A DNA stretch of 61,040 nt, counting the filler. It is 13 parts of 13 records of this genome, joined end to end, with 100 filler letters (N's around TTAATTAATTAA, not from the genome) between each part and the next. Parts side by side here need not be neighbours in the genome. Positions count along the whole stretch, not along the records: positions 1 to 6,651 come from SRR15195285_4489; positions 6,752 to 9,792 come from SRR15195285_4513; positions 9,893 to 13,015 come from SRR15195285_4522; 10 more parts are not named here. The stretch is one strand, 5' to 3'. Every line of letters starts with the position of its first letter. Position 1 is the first letter of the stretch. Under the pieces are notes generated by a model. The model saw only the letters and a list, made by a program, of their open reading frames with translations. It was not told the origin of the DNA and did no database searches. Made by a program: the position numbers and the translations under genes. Positions 1-10,689 of the stretch are shown piece after piece.

Positions 1-27
1 AGCAGCAGCAGCAGCAGCAGCAGCAGC
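1..27 (+). repeat. (AGC)9 trinucleotide microsatellite at contig start
   Basis: agcagc... run read directly; a contig break at a simple repeat. Confidence 0.95.
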
Positions 28-73
28 GAGCTAGCTGGGGTCCGTCCAGCGTCCAGGCTACAAACTTGGATTC

Positions 74-1979
74 ATGCACACAGTAGACTGGATTTTGAAT
101 ATACCTGAACGCCGATTTTTAGCATCGACTGCACTCGCCGCTGCTGACGATGCTGCGTCGCAGGGCCGCCCTGCACTGGACTGGGGCTCCCTGCCCGGGT
201 TGGATCCAGCTGCGGACGCCCTGCTGAAAACGGATCGAGCCCAACGGAAGCGCGAGCAACTCGAATCGTTGCTGCACCTCTTGCAGGTGCACATCCTGCC
301 ACATCTGACTCAGGATGATCGCAACACCCAGCGTCCGCTACGTTTTGTCGACTTTGCGTGCGGCAGCGGCCACTTCGGCTTGCTCGTTGCTTCGCAAGTT
401 CCGGGTAGTCAGGTTGCACTGGTTGACATGCAGGACCACGGTCTAGAGAAAGCGCGCGATCGTGCTGAGAGTCTCGGAATCGCGTCGCGAGTGACCACCT
501 GTGCGTTGCCTTCTGACATTTACCACTGTGGGCTTCAGTCTCACGTAAGCATTGGTGCAGGGTGCGGGTCCATCGGCGACTATCAGGACGACTTTGACTG
601 CGCGCTTGGTTTACATAGCTGTGGATCTCTTACCGACCTCATACTAGCCCAGGTAAAGCCTCCGTGCGTGTCATATTGTGCCTTTGGTCGACTGACTGCA
701 CACCTGTCACTTGGACAGGCTGTCAGTCGCCGCGCTGCATTCTGCGTCGCGCCATGCTGCTGTAAGTTGCGTCATTGTAGTTGTACAGTATAACAAGCGC
801 ACGCACTTGCAGCAACGTCATGCTGCTAATTTGCACTCATGTTCCACGCTGCTCTGCAACAGATGGCAGGCTTCTAGCTCCACAGTCAGAAGCATTTTGT
901 GCAGAGTCCAGGTGACTATACTAGTACGAATTTTTTACTCTCGTGCACACCTCCGACCAACTTCACAGTCATCATCATTTTATCCGTACTTTGGCACTGA
1001 GAACACACGCTGTACGAGGGCAGGTGGCTTGGAGGTGAGGAATTTCTGCGGCTTGCACGCGCGGCAGAGCACCATGACGAGCAGCCTCAGCCTGAGGTAG
1101 AGCAGCAAGAGCCGGAGGCAGAGCAGCCGCGGCAACGTGTGCGAATCTGCGTGTTTGCAGAGCCAGAGCTACGTGCAGGCCTTACTGAACAGGGAGTGGA
1201 ATGGGTTGGTGGCGTAGAGCTAATGGACGCCATCCTAGCGGTGCGTGAATCATTAGCTGGCCATTATTTTGTGTACGATCATGTTGTTCATAGATCTGAC
1301 CTCGCAATGCAGGGGGACATCAGGGTGCCGTTGGAGTCAAGCAACGAGTCAGACGGGGTAAAGGCGGTTTGCGAATTTCGCGTCTTAGCATCACCAGCAA
1401 TGCTACCCATGCTCGGCACCAAGCTGGGCAGACTTCTTGGTAAGTTTGCAGTGTAATCTATAACGCAGTATGCTGCAGCAGTACTTGTACTCGCACTTCG
1501 TCTGTGGGATGCTAGTCTAGTACGGTCAGTGGATTGAATACCAGTTGATGATGATGGACGCGTGTTTCAAACGGTGACTGACAGGTCCCAGAAAGCTGAT
1601 GCCGCATCCGAGAGTGGGTACAGTTACTACTGACCTGGCTGGCGCAGTGCATGCTGCTTTGATGTCTTCACAGACAACGGATCGCAAGGAACTGGGCAGG
1701 ACGCTCGCACGGCGGGCAATGTTTGCACTGGACTGTGACCGTGCCTTGCTATTGGCACAACCTGAGCGAGGCGGCGGCTACAATTCGCGGCTTGCACGGC
1801 TCACGCCGCTGAGCTGTTCGCCCAAACACAATGTCTTGCTCGGTTGGCCTGCTGTCACGAAAGCAACCGAACCGCTCCTCAATACTACGTCACAGCGACA
1901 ACAACAGCTTGTGGTCGGTGCAGACAGAGCAACACGCGGTGCAGTGGTAGTGTGGGACAGGCCTGGCACAGACTGCTAA
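74..1979 (+). CDS. GSTCD-like SAM methyltransferase with an inserted ribosomal uL1-like segment; 7 exons; 5' end may be incomplete
   Basis: GT-AG introns at 501-560, 653-718, 762-862, 912-1023, 1241-1312 and 1440-1584 give one continuous frame. Motifs RAQRKREQL, VDFACGSGHFG, LGLHSCGSLTD, APCCYG, LDCDRA and CSPKHNVLLG match the GSTCD methyltransferase domain. The insert [32 protein letters not shown] matches uL1. Confidence 0.8.
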
Positions 1980-2111
1980 AAAATATGGACTGTTGGCGGG
2001 CAGTTAAGCGGTGATTGAAAACTACATTTGTTGCACACTCGCTCAGTCATGTGGCACTACGACCCATGTGCCACGTTGCGCCGCTCGTACCACAAATCGG
2101 TCTGAGCTCGT

Positions 2112-3392
2112 CTACTTCAGCTTCACTGTCGCCCACGTTGCAGCGCCACTTGCCACTGCTGCTACTGCTGCACCGACCTCTGCGCTACCTCCAACCTCGC
2201 TTGCACCGCCGCCCTGCTCCTTCAAGGCTGCGTGGAAGTTCTCGACGGTCATGGCTGCCTTCTCCTCCTCGGAGGCCGTGATGATGGATTTTACCCTTTC
2301 GATGATTGCATGAATCGACGTTTCATCGTCGTCCGTCGCCTCGATAGAGCAGTGAACTGTGCAGTGTTTTTTCACCTGCAACAGAACACCGTGCCGCGGT
2401 GAGGTCCAGCCAGAATAGGAGAGAACACCGCAGGAGCATCAGTGCGAGCGATCCACGGCTGCGGTCGTGAGGAGAGAAAGGCAGTCTCACCGTGTCCTCA
2501 ACCTTTTCCTCGAGGGATGTGAGCTTGCCGCGCTTCACTGCACCGACTGCGCTACCGCTCCACCAGATGTAGACAAACTTAGTCAACATGGCCCCTGGCG
2601 TCTTGAACTGCAGCCGCAACATGGCCGCGCACACCGTAGTTGGTGCGAATGCGCGGCGCATCTCCTCGATCGAGCCTGCCCCCTCGTCTGTCGGGTACGG
2701 GTTCTTGTCAGCAGCAAGCGCGACCCAGTTAATGTCTCCGTCCACGTCGGCAATACGCTTGAGTGTTTCACTCAAGGGCATGAACTTGTCCAGCGCATCT
2801 GCCTTCGCCTTTGCGATGGCATCTTCAGCCGCATGCTTTGCGCCGGCGCTGGAGAAACCCTGAAGACCATCGTCTGCAAACTTTTCGTGGAGTGCAGCGT
2901 CGATGGCTGCGCTGCTGACAGCCGCAGCGTCCTCGGCGTTGATCTCGAGATGTGGCTCGACCCCAAGAAGTTCGATCACTTCGTCCTTCCGCGCGATAGC
3001 TCTCCCCTTCTTGACGATCCCCACGCCTGCGCCGACCATCTGTGACCAAGCAATGGACCCGCTGAGGGCAGGCACGTGACAAGTGTGTCGGATCTGTTTC
3101 TGCTTCGGAAGCTGGAGCACACCTGGATAAACACGAACTTGTGCGACTGAGCGCCGAACTTCTGCCGCAGTATCGTGAATGTCACCGCGTCATCTGGGAT
3201 CGCAGCGGCCATCTCGTCGGTGCTTCCAGCACCCGAGCTGACCAGCTGCAGCTGCAGCCCTCCACCGGCGCCCATCGACTTGCCCGGGCCGACATCCTCC
3301 AGGCCAACCTCATCATCCTGCCCCCGCGACAAGCAGCAGTACGCCGTCGCAGCCACACCCGCCGCACCGATCGCGATGGCCTTGTTGTCCAT
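2112..3392 (-). CDS. Tandem ADF-H (coactosin-like) actin-binding protein with N-terminal hydrophobic anchor; 3 exons
   Basis: Introns at 3122-3040 and 2490-2376. Two repeats: GAGSTDEM..KFVFIQMVGAGVGIVKKGR and GAGSIEEM..KFVYIWWSGSAVGAVKRGK. N-terminus AIAIGAAGVAATAYCCL. Confidence 0.75.
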
Positions 3393-4554
3393 GGTAGAAC
3401 TCCTATGAACAGAGTAGCTGCCTCCAGAGCGCCACCACCACCACCACCACCGCCACGGTGTAATTGAGAACGTTGACAGTTGGAGTTGCGCGGACGGAAA
3501 TGCGAGGTGACGTCAACGCACTACGCCGTAGTATAATAGAGAGCACGCGGCCGCGCACGGACAATCGACAATATATATGGTATTGTATTGTGTACCTGTA
3601 CCCGAGTGTGAGCGTTCTAAAATGCGTACGGTAGCCGCCGTACGGGGTTCGTATCCGCGTCTGTCTGTCTGCGCGCTTGGGTCGATTGACCTGAGGTGCT
3701 CCTCAATTCGATTCAAGTTTCAACGGCATCTTTGTTTTTCTTTCCGGACAAGCCCGAAGCGAAGAAGGGGAGAGGAGGTGTACCGGTACTGTACTATCAA
3801 TGTTGTAATTGGTGGAGATGGCGAGGCGCCCGCAGTGGTCGCCGGTTTCGCTGGCGCACTGAGCAAGGGGGACCCCCACCCGGCAGCTAGCTGTGTCAGG
3901 GGGGGCTAGGGGAAGGACGTTACGGTGTAGTATAAGGAATTAAGGATGTAGGACCTTAGAGGGCCAGAGCAGCTGCTCCGGTCCGGCCTCGCTCGAACGG
4001 CCCTCCAGCTGCCGCGAGCTGGGGCAGCAAAGTTTTTTTCATGCCGTTCCTTGCCGAATACATTTTCTTATATTGCACCCGTGTACTGGTGGGATTTCTG
4101 CCCTTTTAAATGTGGTCCTAAAAATAATGTGGTCCATGAATCAAAGTGAAAAGAAGAAAATGTGTCCAATAATATTGTGCACGTAACTTCCGCAAGCGAC
4201 ACGCGATGGACACTTTGCTGGGCTCGCCATTGCTAGCCCACATGTATGTAGTTTGCCGACGCACCACCGCAGGCCGGAGGCAAAAGCAGCCACTGCCCCA
4301 AGACTAGAGACTGGCCGAAGGAGCCGAACGCATGAACGAAAGCTCTGCGATGTTCAAAGTCAAAGAACAGTACCTCAGGACTTCCGCTTGGCCTTCGAGG
4401 CGGACGCACGCCGCCCCGATGGCGACGGCGGGTCCGGGCTTGGGCTCGGCCCCGATCTCCGCGGCGAAACGCGCCCGCCGCCGGCCGCCGGCGCTACCTT
4501 TAAACTGACCTTGTGCGCCACCGCCCGCCTGCGGCTGCAACCGCAAATCACCTG

Positions 4555-6412
4555 TCATCTCAGCAAAAAGCTCTGGAAAAAGTTGAGTTGCGGAGTTGTT
4601 TGTGACAAATACCTGGTGGCGCGATGGTTGTTGCGCTGGTAGTCCGGCAAGGTGTCTGGAACCATAAGCAATATATTAGAGAGAAGATCTACATGCCCCG
4701 CACAAAGCAACGGCTTGCGCGTGAGCGTTGGGCCAGAATGGGTGTGGATGAACGCACGGGCGATACGCGTGATGACCTCAGTGATGAAGGGCACGTCCAC
4801 AATCTTCAGCATAAACCGCAAGCCAATCGGGTACCAGCCCTAGTCGATTTTAGAGACAAATACAAGAGATCAGAGAAATGTCAGAGAAACCAGAGAGATG
4901 CATGAGAGAAGCGCGAAATGAGAGAACTGTCACCTGGTCGAGGATGACGATCCGCCCGAGTGATGCAAACGTCGCCTCAGCGATCTTCTCGGGTGAGCAG
5001 GCAGTCTTCTTGAAAAAGTCCATCGCGTCAATCGTATGCGTCACAGTCTTGCTGTCTGGAACCACAAGCCACAATCGGTCAGCTAAGTGGTCGGCCCAAA
5101 AAGAGCCGAAAGCTGCACAAGCCGAAGCTGTCAAAGCAAGCCGAAACGTCTCAAGCCACAGTAAAGCCCGTAGATTGCTCGCGTACTGCGGAGAGATCAG
5201 ATGTGTACTGCACAGAGACGCATTGCTGCGAACAGACACGTTGCTGCGAAGAGACAGCTTGTGGTGCGTACCGTAGAAATTCGAATCCGTGGGTGACGGG
5301 TGAACCACGCAGACGTCGATCCCATGCGACTTGATCTCTGGCGCGATGGACGCCCCGAACTCCGACAGAAACGCCTTCGTCGAGCCGTACATGGACGTGA
5401 ACGGCGTCGCCATGAATGAAGCCGGCGACGACGTGAACGCCACCCCGCCGGGTCTCCCCTCGGCCTGCATCCGGCCGATGAAGTGGTGGGTGATCTCGAC
5501 CGCCGCTGTTGCATTGCAGTGCAGGTTCGCGAGGTGCGTGTGGATCGGCATCGACGTGAAGAAACCTATCATCAGAGAGAGAGATGCGAGAGTGAGGCGA
5601 AGGCGGAGGAGAACGTGAAGAGAAGGTGAGGATGAGATCAGGATTACCCGTGAGGATATAGCCAGCGTTTGAGAACACCAGCTGAATAGGGAGATCATCT
5701 GTCGCGGCTCGGATCGAGTCCATGTACGCTCCAGGCGTGGATAGATCTACGCCGACCGCGACGAACCTATCGCCCACAATCGGTCAGAAACAATCTCCGG
5801 ACATTGCGATGGGCGGAGGGCTCTCACTTGACGCCCGCGATCCAGAAGCGGTTCCGGAGCTCGAGCACTGCAAACACGCCCCAACCTGTCAGAAAATAGA
5901 GCTACAGTACACATCCCAACGGCAGATTGCGAGGGGCTTACTTGTGGCGTCGAGCGTGGCATCTGGGGCAGCTACAATTACGATATTGATGCCCTGATCT
6001 GCGAGCATCACCGCCATGGCCTTGCCAATGCCGCTGGAACCCCCTGCAGCACAGATGATCAGCGACATGAACTGGCCAGAGCCCCTGAGCCAGCGGCGGC
6101 GGCAGCAGACAGCACGGAGACAGGCTAGGTTGCGCACCTGTGACCACAGCCCACTCAGCGCCGTACTTGCGCCGGAAGTTCTGTGACTTCCAGCTGTGTG
6201 ATGTGACGCGTCCAATCGCACGGTGAGAAGCAGTGCCGCGCGGGCTGGCGGCTGGCTGTGCTGCCGGACTGGCTGGGCAGAGCGGGGCGTGCTGCTACGT
6301 ACAACCAGCTGGCGACGATTGGGGCGAGGTACGTAAAAGTCATGGTGAAGAGCGAGCCCCAGAAGGAGTAGTATCCGAACCATGCGACCCAGCCCCACGC
6401 CTCGGTCAGCAT
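4555..6412 (-). CDS. Membrane-anchored short-chain dehydrogenase/reductase, KCR/17-beta-HSD12-like; multi-exon; 3' end approximate
   Basis: Spliced YGAEWAVVTGGSSGIGKA (introns 6302-6194 and 6137-6044), FSNAGY, SS..MYGSTKAF catalytic YxxxK, and a hydrophobic N-terminus. Confidence 0.85.
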
Positions 6413-6651
6413 GCTGTTGCAGACGTCCGCGACGTCGAACGCGACGCGGGTCGTGGACGCGGCCTCGCGCGCGGATCCCGCGCGCGCGCGCCGGTCGTCG
6501 TCGCGGTGCGCGCATGCGAGGGTTTCTTCCGCCCGAGTCGCAGATTTAAGGGCGGACGTAGCAGTACTAGCACAGACCCGCGCCAGCACGGCGGAATAAA
6601 GTTGCACTGTAAGGGGGTACTGTACAGTCTGTACAAAATAGTTAATCTCGT

Positions 6652-6751
6652 NNNNNNNNNNNNNNNNNNNNNNNNNNNNNNNNNNNNNNNNNNNNTTAAT
6701 TAATTAANNNNNNNNNNNNNNNNNNNNNNNNNNNNNNNNNNNNNNNNNNNN
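6652..6751. other. Artificial contig spacer (44N-TTAATTAATTAA-44N). Identical spacers at 9793, 13016, 16808, 21612, 26702, 33633, 40044, 43519, 49190, 53212 and 57359
   Basis: Same 100-nt block each time; TTAATTAATTAA places stop codons in all six frames. Confidence 0.99.
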
Positions 6752-7801
6752 AAGCTCGCGGCGGCAAGGTTCAACGCGACTTGGGGCCGAGACTCGTATG
6801 CCACTCATGGGAGCGCGGTTTTCGCAGCTACAGCCAGCGACTCCACGGTTGGGCAGGCCCTAGCGATACACCCGGGAATCACTACGTTGCCGACGCTGTT
6901 TCTCTATGCTGACGGTGGCGCACCGCCCATCGACCGAGCAGCTGCGCAACAGGTGGCGGCCTCTAGCGGCAAGCCACACAAGCGCAGTGCAGTCTATGCA
7001 GCGAGCGAATTGCCAGGCCCTCGTCAGCGGCTCGACAAGTACCACCGCCGAGTTATCTGGAACGAAGCTGGATTAAGTGGCTACATTGTTGACGAGCTTA
7101 CTCTGGCCGAGTCGCGCCAGATGATGGCCACGGCAGCCGAAGGTGCTGTCGACGCTGCCGGAGTTCACGACCCAGAGACACTCGCAACTCCGATTCGAAA
7201 TCACGCTGATCTCGAGGCACTGCGGGCAAGCCACACGCTAGTCCTCGTTAAGGCGGTCAAGTCTGGATGCAAGCACTGTGAACATCTAGCGCCACACTTT
7301 GGTGCTGCTGCCGCTGCTTGCAACGCTGCGTTCGCAGCTAGAGGGGCGGCACAACAAGAAGGTGGCAAGATTGCGTTCGCGGTGGCACAGGACAGTGCGG
7401 CAATCAACCTGTTCAACGTGAAATCATACCCAACAATGCTGCTATTTGTTGCAAACAGTAATGGGCGCCCTGTGCTGACAATGACCAGGGCAGACCCCCT
7501 AGTCGAGTGGAGAGGGGCGACGTTGGCTAGCTTTCTCGAGGAACAGCTAGCCCGCGTTGTCGCTGGTCTCGATGTGCAAAAACCGAGCAAGGCAAATGCG
7601 GAGAACGTTGACAAGGATGGGGAGGCAGCTGAGGCACCTGGATGCTGCGATCGCGGAGCGGCAGAGACAGATATAAAGGTCACACTTCCGTCGGGTCTGG
7701 CTAGCAGTAATGATGATGATGTTGAGGAGGAGGAGGACGAGGAGGACGGGGACGGGGACGGAGAAGAATCACGCAGCGCTATCGTCAAGGACGGTCTTTA
7801 A
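6752..7801 (+). CDS. Thioredoxin-fold protein (CKHC active site), probably multi-Trx, with acidic tail; 5'-partial
   Basis: Frame is open from the contig start. GCKHCEHLAPHF..FNVKSYPTMLLF. Upstream GITTLPTLFLY looks like the end of a preceding Trx domain. Confidence 0.75.
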   Translation, partial: KLAAARFNATWGRDSYATHGSAVFAATASDSTVGQALAIHPGITTLPTLFLYADGGAPPIDRAAAQQVAASSGKPHKRSAVYAASELPGPRQRLDKYHRRVIWNEAGLSGYIVDELTLAESRQMMATAAEGAVDAAGVHDPETLATPIRNHADLEALRASHTLVLVKAVKSGCKHCEHLAPHFGAAAAACNAAFAARGAAQQEGGKIAFAVAQDSAAINLFNVKSYPTMLLFVANSNGRPVLTMTRADPLVEWRGATLASFLEEQLARVVAGLDVQKPSKANAENVDKDGEAAEAPGCCDRGAAETDIKVTLPSGLASSNDDDVEEEEDEEDGDGDGEESRSAIVKDGL

Positions 7802-7924
7802 TTAAGTATACCTATATTGCACTATCAGTCCGTTCAAACCATAGGCAGCCAGTTCATCGCTAGCATCCAGGTGCTCGTCGCCACACAGACGTAAGTGCAG
7901 GTAATTTTCTTAGGATTCATGTCG

Positions 7925-9229
7925 TCATCTTCTCTCAGCCACAACATAGAGGAACCATGCTTCACATGTGGCACTTCTTTCGTCTGACGTCACGTCCATT
8001 TCCATGCTCAGGCTCATACTAACATCTTTCTCCTTCACCATTGCAACCAGTTCAAACATCGCAGCTTCTCCTCCTGTACCGTCTATACCACCTCTTCGCT
8101 GGCTAGCGCTGGTTGTGCTGCCGCCTGCGATGTGCGCGCAGGGTCCATCGACAAGCCGACGGTGAGAGCCGGGCTCGGTTCGAGCCTTCGTCACCAAATC
8201 GACCAGCTCAGCCCAACTGAAGTCATGCTGGTGTCCTGTGCACATTGCGATGCTTTCGTGGGGCGATATCGAAGCACCTGCAAACTCTGCGGGAGGTTCA
8301 GCTTCCTCGCCTTGCTCAGTTAAAACTGGCGATGGCGACCGGGCTCGGGATACAGCTGCGGCTGGCACGTTTTCCTGCAGCAGCTTTTGCTGCGTGTATG
8401 CCTCCGCCAGGCTGTACGAGTGTTCCTCACCCGTCTGTTCCTTTCCATGCTCATAGAGCGCAGAGTAGAGCGCGGGATTGAGATCGTGAGAAACGGCAGA
8501 AGCGGAGAGCATTAGCTTCCCACCTGGCCGCAGTTGACTGTGGCATGCGTGTATCAGCGCGGTGCGATCGCTCGGCGTCCCGACCACAGATACAACCAGC
8601 TGTGCCAATACAAAGTCGAAACCAAAACCACTGTTCTTGTCGACGTTGCCAGCATCACCGATGTCGTTATATCGGACTAACCCAGCGTCCACTGCTGCTG
8701 CGAGAGACTTGACAGATCGGCAATCACCGACCACAAACACGGCGCTACCACCATCGGTATCGACCTTGCCGTCGTCACCACTGCTGCTGCCACCTGCCGC
8801 CGACGCAGCTCGTGGGTGCAGCTGGGCAGCGGCAGCGGCAGCGTTGGCTGCAGCAACCGCGGCTTCATTCACATCCACCCCCACCACGTCACAGCCACAG
8901 CTGCGCGCCAGTTCGATCGCAACGCGGCCGTCCCCACAGCCCACGTCGAGCACCCACCGCCGGCGTCGCTGCTGTGCATGAGTCCCGTCACCGGCTCCAG
9001 ACCCGCCACCGTGCTGTCCGTCCGCTAGCGCCCCTGTGTTGTATCGCTCCACCACGTATCGGTGTGATTGTGGCTCGAGCAGCGAGGTGAAGGATCGGTG
9101 GACGTGGCGCTGAGTCGGGATGCGAAGCTGATGGGACGAACCCGGGGCCCCCACTGACCACCAATCAGCGCGGAACCGGCGGCTCTCTGCTGGCAGTGCA
9201 GCCGCTGACGATCCCGCGGGCTCCGCCAT
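7925..9229 (-). CDS. Class I SAM-dependent methyltransferase
   Basis: VLDVGCGDGR motif I, VVGVDVN motif II, FDFVLA, LRPGGKLML. Start placed at MAEPAG. Confidence 0.8.
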   Translation of the reverse strand: MAEPAGSSAAALPAESRRFRADWWSVGAPGSSHQLRIPTQRHVHRSFTSLLEPQSHRYVVERYNTGALADGQHGGGSGAGDGTHAQQRRRRWVLDVGCGDGRVAIELARSCGCDVVGVDVNEAAVAAANAAAAAAQLHPRAASAAGGSSSGDDGKVDTDGGSAVFVVGDCRSVKSLAAAVDAGLVRYNDIGDAGNVDKNSGFGFDFVLAQLVVSVVGTPSDRTALIHACHSQLRPGGKLMLSASAVSHDLNPALYSALYEHGKEQTGEEHSYSLAEAYTQQKLLQENVPAAAVSRARSPSPVLTEQGEEAEPPAEFAGASISPHESIAMCTGHQHDFSWAELVDLVTKARTEPGSHRRLVDGPCAHIAGGSTTSASQRRGGIDGTGGEAAMFELVAMVKEKDVSMSLSMEMDVTSDERSATCEAWFLYVVAERR

Positions 9230-10689
9230 TGCTCGACGCCGGCCGCCAGACGCTGTCCGGGCTCGTCGCGTCGTCGGTTCGAGTCGCAAGCTCGTGCACC
9301 TGCGTGCTGCTGCGTGCCTAGCACGCAAGCGCACCAGAAGAGACGACTCGCGCGCGCGTGCGCACGCGGTGTACATTCGATACATCGGTACCGTGGAGAA
9401 GGCTGCAGTGCCCAGGTTGTCAATTTGGCGATTGAGCAATTTGCTGCAAGCGCGTGCAACAGAACTCAACCGGTGCCGCCGGTGGAAAACCAGAAGACTT
9501 GAGCAGATGAGCACCGTCGGCCGGGAGCGATGCGAGGTGATGAACTGATGATATGGTGCCACGCCTGATCGACGACGTCGACAGCGAGCCGCCTGCCTCT
9601 GCCTCTGCCGCCCGTTGCTGATCGCCAGGGAGGGGGGCATTGAGTCGATCCGTGAGTGCTGGGACCCTTCAGCTCTCTGTGTGGGTGGCGTCAAGATACT
9701 ACTCTAGAGGCAGCGAAAGGATTTTGTGGCACAACTTGTGTGCTATCGGCCGTACTGTCCCACGCTGTGGTTCGACGCCGCAGAGACTACGGNNNNNNNN
9801 NNNNNNNNNNNNNNNNNNNNNNNNNNNNNNNNNNNNTTAATTAATTAANNNNNNNNNNNNNNNNNNNNNNNNNNNNNNNNNNNNNNNNNNNNAAAACGCA
9901 ACCCCTACTGGCAGCCCTATCACTGATGCCGCGATCGACTCGGTGCAGACTGGCACTCGGGGATCCAGTCATCCAGCGGTCCGCATCAAATCTGAGAAAT
10001 CACGGCTACAGTAGGATCCTACTATGTACTAGTATTAATAGTAGCTAGTCGATCGGTCAGCAGCGAGGGTCGCGTGATCATCAGGGTGGTGAATGAGCAT
10101 GAGCACGTGCACGCCCGCACCCTCCCGCAGGGCGCAGGCCCTCCCCGCTCCCCGCTCCCGGGGTGGGCAAAATTGAAAATACATCCAGTCGCGTCGGGTT
10201 GTGCCCATACCCGGAAAAAAAGGCCTGTCTCAGAAGGAACGAAAACCTTACCTGTTACCACGGTGGTAAGGTTTTTGAAGACCTTCAGGGGGGTCACAAA
10301 CCGACTGGATCCATGACTGGATCCTCGGACGACTGTATCACATTGTACTGACCCGCGGTAGAGGCAAGGCCTCGGATGTCGCCGTTGTCCCGGATCGCCG
10401 CGCGCATCGCCGACCACGCACCCCGACGCACGGGCAGCACAGTGTACACTGCGTGCTGGTCGAGAGTCGCAAACACAGGCGGCGCGCGCGAAGAGGTACC
10501 GACACAGCGAGCTGCGGCCGCCGGTGCTGGGCACAACGACGACGCTCGCGCCGCCGAACCGGCGCTGGCTGCGTGGCAGGCAGGCGCACGCAGGCAGGTC
10601 GAGGCGGCGAGCTGATGGACATGACTCCCTCGCGGCGGCGACCGATATGGCGGCGCTTGCATTGCGTTCACCGTGGATTGCTGGCGGCG

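Noticed and set aside
5056-5271. Short tandem repeats inside introns (TTGCTGCGAA at about 5223-5250; also CAGGTGYAAGAAGRTACG at about 46543-46578)
   Set aside because: Two-copy local slippage repeats with no spacers and no similarity to the introner motif.
9230-9694. Long N-terminal extension of the 589-aa methyltransferase ORF
   Set aside because: Non-ATG start and Arg-rich sequence typical of open GC-rich non-coding DNA. MAEPAG at 9229 is the more plausible start.
10022-10671. Overlapping short ORFs upstream of PhyH, and the many antisense ORFs inside the large genes
   Set aside because: No domain signal; expected shadows of GC-rich coding sequence.
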